Source: a virus (Duplodnaviria; Caudoviricetes). Taken from it: 64,000 bases of DNA. The DNA lies in IMG/VR virus record IMGVR_UViG_3300031993_000008, positions 32,001-96,000 of that record; one strand, given 5' to 3'. Made by a program: the position numbers and the translations under genes. Under the pieces are notes generated by a model. The model did no database searches and was not told the DNA's origin. It saw only the letters and a list, made by a program, of their open reading frames with translations. The stretch's first letter is position 1. The number at the start of each line of letters is the position of its first letter. Shown here in pieces: positions 57,745 to 64,000 of this stretch.

Positions 57745-59436
57745 ATGGTAAGTTTACAAAACATACTTAATTCAGAAGGTCAGGAATTTTTGGATAATCT
57801 TCTTAACAAGGAGGTTGTGGTAAATGAGAAACTCAATGCCGCAACACTCTCATTTCAGAAGAAGGTCACATCAGAAACAGACCTCAACAGAAAGTTGACC
57901 TTCTATAAGGGTTCAGGTGTCAATAAGAGAGAAATCACAGTTGCTGATAGGGTTATGACCAACTTCTATTCAAGTGGCATGACTTATTTGAGTAACCTGA
58001 GTAAAATCATAATAGACAAGATTCCTAACAACTGGACTTTTGTCTGTAAGTATTTTCCTAACCACCAACCAAGTTTCATCAATTATTCAGTTCTTCCAAA
58101 GAACAACTTGGTTCTTTCTTGTATAATTACATCAGGTGGTACAAAGATTGAGGATGTTGAAGACCTGAGGTCCTGGGCCGAGATGTTTGACATCGCTTAC
58201 CAGGAACCGGTATTCAGAGGATACCTCTCACAATATCAGAAAGAAAGATTGAATGACTATCTCAAGAGTGGATCCACCAAGGATTCATTTGCAAGATTCA
58301 TTATAACATTGTTGAATCCTAACCTCACACATTCATTATATCAGAATGACGGTTTTGATTCACCTATTGACGGATTCATATTCAAGTTCATATCAGATGA
58401 CGGAATAACCAAACCTGTATCTGCCAAACTCATTGACCCTTATATGACAAACATCATTCTGAAGAATAAGTCAAACAAGGGATTCAAAGACAATACAGAT
58501 GTTCTGTTGTCTGATTTTGCTGTCTTTATGACAGGTCAGGATATGGATTCCATTCTCCTTAAGGGTGATGATGAGAACAACAGGTATCTTGAACTCTTCT
58601 ACAGACTGTTCAATAGATACATCAAATACAAGAAATCACAATTGGAAGACTTTGATGTCGACACCAATGACATTGTAAAGGAATCAATCAATGTTGATTT
58701 TGATGTTGACCTGGATGCAATAACCAATGAGACAACAAAGAAACTCCTGAAGGAAAACCCTGAATACAAGTCAATCTTCAAGACACTTCTGGGTTCATTC
58801 AAGACAAAGAAACCGGAAGATTACAAGTCACTTGTCATGTCTCCGGGTATCGTAAGAATCTTCAATGAAATCATTGACAAGATAAATGACAAAATCAAGA
58901 CCCAGGATCAGAGTACCAATCTCTCATTTACATCCTATCTTAATTCCATTCATCACAAGACAATCAATGACCTTGACATAAACAATGCTCCGGAGGATGT
59001 TCAGGCAGCCAACCTGAAGACAAACAAGGAAGATAAACCTAGTATTGCCGCACTTTCATTCGCAGACTTCAAGAAAAAGGATGAGAAAGAAAAGGATGAT
59101 AAGGAGGAGAAGAAACAAATCAAGTCCATTGAGGATATGATTAAGGATCTCCAGAAGGATGTTAAATCCCTCAAGGGTGACATCAGTGATGTTGAAAAGA
59201 CTGTTGAGGATTCATCTGAAAAGAAGGAAGATGAGGGTGAAAAGAAAGAACCTGAAAAGAAGGAGGAGGATAAGAAAGAGGAAAAACCGGAAAAGAAGGG
59301 TGACACTCCAAAGGACACCGGTGAATCTGAAGAAGAGGAAAAGAATGAGGAATCATCAGATGACAATGAAGATGAGGATAAAGACAAGAAGGATAAGGAA
59401 GAGAAAACAAATGACAATCCTCTTGCCCAACTTTAA
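57745..59436 (+). CDS. Ligase-fold (Rnl2-like nucleotidyltransferase) protein with charged tail
   Basis: VVNEKLNA (motif I-like), DGFIFKF (motif IV-like), SAKLID (motif V-like); degenerate. Confidence 0.45.
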   Translation: MVSLQNILNSEGQEFLDNLLNKEVVVNEKLNAATLSFQKKVTSETDLNRKLTFYKGSGVNKREITVADRVMTNFYSSGMTYLSNLSKIIIDKIPNNWTFVCKYFPNHQPSFINYSVLPKNNLVLSCIITSGGTKIEDVEDLRSWAEMFDIAYQEPVFRGYLSQYQKERLNDYLKSGSTKDSFARFIITLLNPNLTHSLYQNDGFDSPIDGFIFKFISDDGITKPVSAKLIDPYMTNIILKNKSNKGFKDNTDVLLSDFAVFMTGQDMDSILLKGDDENNRYLELFYRLFNRYIKYKKSQLEDFDVDTNDIVKESINVDFDVDLDAITNETTKKLLKENPEYKSIFKTLLGSFKTKKPEDYKSLVMSPGIVRIFNEIIDKINDKIKTQDQSTNLSFTSYLNSIHHKTINDLDINNAPEDVQAANLKTNKEDKPSIAALSFADFKKKDEKEKDDKEEKKQIKSIEDMIKDLQKDVKSLKGDISDVEKTVEDSSEKKEDEGEKKEPEKKEEDKKEEKPEKKGDTPKDTGESEEEEKNEESSDDNEDEDKDKKDKEEKTNDNPLAQL

Positions 59437-59441
59437 TTTTG

Positions 59442-59449
59442 CATAAATA
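59442..59449 (+). promoter_or_regulatory. Putative late promoter CATAAATA
   Basis: Exact octamer. Confidence 0.65.
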
Positions 59450-59472
59450 ATAATATAATAGATATCTGAATT

Positions 59473-61053
59473 ATGGATAATTTGAATACAAACTTAATCA
59501 ACTTGATTGCTTCTTTCAAGAAAACAGGTCAGTCTGATGATGTCATCAAGCAGTCAATGTGGCAGTTGGGTATGATTCCAGAGGTTGTGGAAGCACACCT
59601 TGATTATTATAACAAGCATACAGCTCAGATTAATAAGGACATAAACATAGTAAAAGAAACTAAAGATATGAAATTAACACTTGAAAAATTGCACACACAG
59701 TCTGAAAAGACTATTGCAGCACTTGAAGAAATGAAGTCTGACAACAGTCTCGGTTTCTCTGCAACAAGCGCAAAGGGAATCATTGAGAGTGCTATGGCAC
59801 AGCTTCAGATTTCAAATGATGACAAGACTGTTATGGAAGAGAAGATCAAGGCTGGTTACAAGATTGATGATACACTTGTAAATCCTGTTTTGAAATACAC
59901 TGTAACTGAAAATCTTTATACTGCTCTTACACAGTATGACTGGATTCAGCCTGTTGCTGATTTCAGAAAGATGATTGAAGAGTCATTTGTAGCAGACAAA
60001 TGGAGTTATGTTACAGCAAAGTTTGCCAACAGTCTTGCTGGACAGTCTTCAAATCCTTCATATGCACATCTTTATGAAGGTCTTGTTGATGCTCTCATTG
60101 ATGAGGAGAATGTAAGACTTGCTCTTAAGGATGTTCTTCTTGAGAACTCATGGAACAAAGATGCAAAGGCAATCCTTTCATCAATCGTTGCAGAGGAAAA
60201 GGCAGAACAGGGTGAAATCAACACCAGCATATATGAGAACTCTTCTTGCTCTGTAAGAAAGACCATCTCTCCTCTTATCATAGATGAAAACAAGAAGGTA
60301 TTCTTCCTTAATGGTAAGAACTACATCTTTGATGGTCAGACTCTTGAAGAGGCAACTGTTACTGACAGAAAATACCTCAATGTACTTGAAGGTCTTTCAA
60401 TCCTGAAGTATGAGGCAGACAAGGACAGACTTGTTTATTATGGCAAGAACAATATGGTTCTCGAATACAACTGCCAGACTGATGAGATTTCTCTCACAGG
60501 TGTTGAGGGTGTAAACGATATGTCAATCATTGACCTCAATGAGACATTGAAGAGATGTGGTATCTTTGACAGAGAGACAATCGGTAACTGTGAGAAACTT
60601 GTTAAGTTCTTTGAATCAAAGGACATCCTTGTTGAACTTGATTCACCTATCACCACTGTTCAGAGTGATAAGTTTGCTGGCTTATTCATAACTGTTATCA
60701 ATGTACAGGAGGGTGTATATGTAAATAAGGTAAACGCTGCTCTTGGTATCAATGAGATGACTTATTACAAGACTGCAAAGGAGGCTTGTGATGCAATCAG
60801 AGACTTTATGAAGTATGATGCAACTGCTATCCTTTCAGAGAAACTCCAGGCAGAGGGTATCCAGAATGCTGTCATTGAAGCAAAGAGAAATGAAATCAAT
60901 GAAACCCTTTCATTCCTTTCAGAGAAGAGAGCTCAGCTTATTGCCGGTCTCCAGGAAACCAACAACAACCAGCAGGTAAAGGAAGCACTTGAACTTGTTG
61001 AGGGTGAAATCAGAAAGTTTGAGAAGGAACTTCAGGAAACATACGAAGAGTAA
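59473..61053 (+). CDS. Hypothetical late protein, possibly head core component
   Basis: 526 aa, late promoter, many [ILV]xE sites, C-terminal coiled coil. Confidence 0.55.
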   Translation: MDNLNTNLINLIASFKKTGQSDDVIKQSMWQLGMIPEVVEAHLDYYNKHTAQINKDINIVKETKDMKLTLEKLHTQSEKTIAALEEMKSDNSLGFSATSAKGIIESAMAQLQISNDDKTVMEEKIKAGYKIDDTLVNPVLKYTVTENLYTALTQYDWIQPVADFRKMIEESFVADKWSYVTAKFANSLAGQSSNPSYAHLYEGLVDALIDEENVRLALKDVLLENSWNKDAKAILSSIVAEEKAEQGEINTSIYENSSCSVRKTISPLIIDENKKVFFLNGKNYIFDGQTLEEATVTDRKYLNVLEGLSILKYEADKDRLVYYGKNNMVLEYNCQTDEISLTGVEGVNDMSIIDLNETLKRCGIFDRETIGNCEKLVKFFESKDILVELDSPITTVQSDKFAGLFITVINVQEGVYVNKVNAALGINEMTYYKTAKEACDAIRDFMKYDATAILSEKLQAEGIQNAVIEAKRNEINETLSFLSEKRAQLIAGLQETNNNQQVKEALELVEGEIRKFEKELQETYEE

Positions 61054-61059
61054 TTGGTT

Positions 61060-61335
61060 ATGGAAAAGGTCAAGAGTTTCAATGAGTTCATCAATGAAAC
61101 CTACCTTGAAAAACCTGCTGATGCAGACCTTCTGAAACATGACAAGAAAAAGATGCAGAAGAATGGTTATGCTGAAGTGACAGTGATTGAAACTGTAGAT
61201 GGTCTTAAAGAAGGTGATAAGGTTTTGGTTTCAGCGACTGAATTTGGTCAGTTAGATGACGAATCATTTGTTACCTGTTACAAGGATGATGAAGAATACT
61301 TCATCCAGAAAAAGAACCTACAGGCAAATTCATAA
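61060..61335 (+). CDS. Small putative internal head protein with capsid-targeting sequence
   Basis: MEKVKSFNEFINE. Confidence 0.65.
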   Translation: MEKVKSFNEFINETYLEKPADADLLKHDKKKMQKNGYAEVTVIETVDGLKEGDKVLVSATEFGQLDDESFVTCYKDDEEYFIQKKNLQANS

Positions 61336-61339
61336 TATG

Positions 61340-61382
61340 AAAAATGTGGGAAACACCCACATTTTTCTTTTTGTTATATTTA
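61340..61382 (+). promoter_or_regulatory. Terminator plus middle promoter TTGTTATATTTA (61371-61382)
   Basis: aaaaatgtggg-aaaca-cccacattttt then exact 12-mer. Confidence 0.65.
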
Positions 61383-61410
61383 TTATATACAATATATCCA
61401 TTATATTGAA

Positions 61411-62082
61411 ATGGCCAAAAAGAAAAACTATTTAAGTAATGTAGAATTAAGGGATGAGATTCTTAAATGTATAACAGATGGATATGAGAAGGCCATATCA
61501 TATGGATTTGATCCTACACTTCCACCTTATGGATCAGACAGTTCAGAATCTGAACCGGATATACCTGATGATGACAAGACAATAAAAATCGGTTATCTTT
61601 TTGAAAGTGAGGATAAGGAAGTGAAAGAAAAGTATGAACTTGCAATCAGTAATGGTTACATGCCTGAAAGGTCATACTGGATAAGGGAAGTAAAGGAATA
61701 TGACAAGGCAGAATCTGAAGGTAAGGTTAAACTTGATGATGATCTCAAGTATCAAATGGCAAAACCTGTAGTCAGTGACAAACTTGCATACATGTTCCAA
61801 CTCATAGTGGATAATATCGCAAAGAGTTTCTACTGGGCAAATCCTGATGATGGTGAGGATTGTAAGGCCAATGCGATCCTGGATCTGTGTTCCAATTTCT
61901 GGAAGTATGAACCTGTTGATGTGAATGGAAGACCATACAGTGCCTTTGCATTTTGTTCACAGATTGCATATTTCGGTATTGCCGGAGCCCACAGAATACT
62001 TCACCCAAAGAAGTACAATGGAACAATATCCATTTCCTGTTTGGATGAAAACGGAAAACCATTTGAATTATACAATCTCTAA
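61411..62082 (+). CDS. Late-transcription sigma factor (T4 gp55-like)
   Basis: NYLSNVELRDEI, LAYMFQLIVDNIA, DCKANAILD..FWKY, AFAFCSQIAYF align with gp55 motifs. Confidence 0.75.
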   Translation: MAKKKNYLSNVELRDEILKCITDGYEKAISYGFDPTLPPYGSDSSESEPDIPDDDKTIKIGYLFESEDKEVKEKYELAISNGYMPERSYWIREVKEYDKAESEGKVKLDDDLKYQMAKPVVSDKLAYMFQLIVDNIAKSFYWANPDDGEDCKANAILDLCSNFWKYEPVDVNGRPYSAFAFCSQIAYFGIAGAHRILHPKKYNGTISISCLDENGKPFELYNL

Positions 62083-62087
62083 TCTAC

Positions 62088-62125
62088 AAAGGAGTGACCA
62101 TAGGTTACTCCTTTTTTCATAAATA
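62088..62125 (+). promoter_or_regulatory. Terminator plus late promoter CATAAATA (62118-62125)
   Basis: aaaggagtgacc-ata-ggttactcctttttt-CATAAATA. Confidence 0.7.
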
Positions 62126-62145
62126 CCTTATAATAGTGTATACTT

Positions 62146-63432
62146 ATGGATAAAGATTTATTTCAGAATGACCATATAACCGGTAACTCATTGATTGGAT
62201 TTGAGTTCAAAGGACAGTTCAAGGATGATGAGAATGTACTTCTCACCAAATTGAAAGATATACTCAACAGGGAAGTATCATTTTCAAACATCAAATATAA
62301 ACTCCTTGAACCAACAGACCACCAGGCAGTAATGTCACTTGATGGTAGATATTGTGAAGTAAAGACACCTCAATACAGTTACTTTGAGGCACTCTTCATT
62401 CTTCCCAAGATTCTTGAACTTCTCAAGACTCTGAAGGATGACAAAGGTTCATACCTTTATTTCAGGATAGGTTTCAACAAGGAGTTCTGTGACATCACCA
62501 ACATCAATGTGATGAAGTTCATACTTGAGTTTAAGGAAGAATATATCCTGAAACATATCACAGACCTTACTCTTGATGGTAGTTTTGAAAAACTCACAGA
62601 CATTAAACCCACAGACATTGAAGCATGTATCGATGACACAAAGAAGAGAATGGATGGTCTGAAATACACTGATTATGAAGACATCTATGGTATTGACTTC
62701 AGTACAATCAAACTGGGTTACATCACATTCACATATGCCAGGGAGATTAACTTCAGAAACAAATGGGAAGAACTTCTCAAATGTCTGAACCATACAATCA
62801 TCACACTCTACAACACAAGTTCATCTTATGACTTCTCTGATGATGAGAAGAATAAGATTGATGAGATTGAAAAGAAATATAAAGAGACATCCCAGGCATT
62901 TGGTTGTTATGAACTCTTCAAGGAAAAATACAAGGGTATCAAACTCACTAAAGACCTCAACAATGACAATATGGATATTGATATCATCTTCCCTGCAATC
63001 AAGGATAAACTCTTTGACATTGTAGTAAGATGTGGTATCAAGGAAGCAGAAATCAATTATGATTCAGATATTTCCAGAATTCAACTCAAGAATATTGAAA
63101 CCAAGAAATGCTATCACCTCAATGGTGTTGACATAGTTGACAGCGAACTCACCAACTGTACATTGAGAGACTGTGACCTTTATGACACAAAGGTTGAAAA
63201 GTCATCAATCATCAAATGTAATCTCTTCGGATATGCTGACTGCAAAGACTGTAAGATTAAGGATACTTTTGTAAGCAGAAACATCAAACTGAAGGATTGT
63301 AGGGTTACCGGTGCCCTTGGTAAGATGGGTGGTATTATGAAAGGTGGATCCCTCAAAGACACAACAGTTATTACATCAATGGCAGATATTGCCGATGATG
63401 TTGATAAGAACAATGTAAATGAAATCCAGTAA
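62146..63432 (+). CDS. Hypothetical late protein (amidoligase-like N-terminus, beta-helix C-terminus)
   Basis: IGFEF..EVKTP pattern (weak); short I-x-x-[CS] repeats at C-terminus. Confidence 0.45.
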   Translation: MDKDLFQNDHITGNSLIGFEFKGQFKDDENVLLTKLKDILNREVSFSNIKYKLLEPTDHQAVMSLDGRYCEVKTPQYSYFEALFILPKILELLKTLKDDKGSYLYFRIGFNKEFCDITNINVMKFILEFKEEYILKHITDLTLDGSFEKLTDIKPTDIEACIDDTKKRMDGLKYTDYEDIYGIDFSTIKLGYITFTYAREINFRNKWEELLKCLNHTIITLYNTSSSYDFSDDEKNKIDEIEKKYKETSQAFGCYELFKEKYKGIKLTKDLNNDNMDIDIIFPAIKDKLFDIVVRCGIKEAEINYDSDISRIQLKNIETKKCYHLNGVDIVDSELTNCTLRDCDLYDTKVEKSSIIKCNLFGYADCKDCKIKDTFVSRNIKLKDCRVTGALGKMGGIMKGGSLKDTTVITSMADIADDVDKNNVNEIQ

Positions 63433-63791
63433 TGTTAAAAGACATTTATGCAATTCCTGAAGAGGAACCAAGATATAAGAATGATGTACTTGAAATCACC
63501 AGTGAATTGGATGAAATCATACAACAGGTTGATATGATTCTCTTCACCAATAAGGGTGATGTCCTGGGTATGCCTGATTTTGGATGTAACCTCAGTAGGT
63601 ATTTGTTTGACACATCATATGATGAAAACCTCATCAAACAGATAATAATGTCACAAATAAGAAGTTTCATTTACCTTGATGGGTCATATACAGTGGATGT
63701 TGATGTGAGTTTTGTCAAGTGGGACTACAATGTGGCAATGGTGGTGGATTTGAATATAAACAATAAAAAGGTTGCCTCATACCTGGTTTAA
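63432..63791 (+). CDS. Baseplate wedge protein (gp25-like)
   Basis: ILFTNKGDVLGMPDFGCNLSRYLF. Confidence 0.82.
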   Translation: MLKDIYAIPEEEPRYKNDVLEITSELDEIIQQVDMILFTNKGDVLGMPDFGCNLSRYLFDTSYDENLIKQIIMSQIRSFIYLDGSYTVDVDVSFVKWDYNVAMVVDLNINNKKVASYLV

Positions 63792-63795
63792 ACAC

Positions 63796-63833
63796 AAGAG
63801 ATGATGTTCTATCATCTCTTTTTTTCATAAATA
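63796..63833 (+). promoter_or_regulatory. Terminator plus late promoter CATAAATA (63826-63833)
   Basis: aagagatgat-gttct-atcatctcttttttt-CATAAATA. Confidence 0.7.
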
Positions 63834-63861
63834 CTTATATAATATACAGATACCAGTTATA

Positions 63862-64000
63862 ATGGGATTTTTATCTAAAACAAGACTTAAAGCCAGTGAA
63901 TTGATGGAACAGGCTGTAGTATTCCTTCATAAGAAATACAACCAGGCAGCACATGTGTTCACAGCAGCATCTCCATTCGGACAGTTACTGACAGTCATAG
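63862..64000 (+). CDS. 5' part of probable baseplate wedge subunit (gp6-like), truncated by window end
   Basis: MGFLSKTRL...FTAASPFGQLLTVI open to the edge, follows gp25. Confidence 0.5.
   Translation, partial: MGFLSKTRLKASELMEQAVVFLHKKYNQAAHVFTAASPFGQLLTVI

Noticed and set aside
1-64000. Alternative genetic code (TAG=Gln) as in Lak phages
   Set aside because: Core genes are full length under the standard code with no TAG fragmentation in this window
1-64000. tRNA or rRNA genes
   Set aside because: Intergenic gaps are short and AT-rich; no cloverleaf or T-loop signature noticed (a tRNA scan would confirm)

Overview
This window is a 64-kb slice of a large T4-superfamily-like myovirus (jumbo/Lak-like architecture). 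The host is most likely a Bacteroidota: two exact TTTG-N20-TATCTTTG host promoters, no obvious Shine-Dalgarno sequences, and DUF4494- and Fib_succ_major-like genes. The head/tail module comprises a gp23-like capsid, a gp21 protease fused to a scaffold, gp20 portal, gp18 sheath, gp19 tube, and gp15, gp25 and gp6 homologues. Replication/recombination genes include family B polymerase, clamp, gp41 helicase, UvsX, gp47 and a RuvC-like resolvase. There is also a gp55-like late sigma and auxiliary genes (PhoH, MetK, Dam, GroES, RimK/RimB, MoxR-AAA/VWA/peptidase). Three promoter classes can be read from the sequence. The most novel signal is an apparent capsid-cargo system. Eleven copies of a ~23-aa tag ([IVLT]-[DNS]-E|S-x-W-x-x-[ILMV]-L-D-[RK]-G...K-[EQ]-D) head variable domains in seven late genes, two of which are tag-delimited polyproteins. 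One polyprotein also ends in an 11-aa exact copy (VGGMGAAYFPG) of the predicted mature N-arm of the major capsid protein. Separately, many late enzymes carry T4-like capsid-targeting motifs and xNE protease sites, suggesting they are packaged and injected. All functional calls come from motif recognition by eye; no database searches were run.
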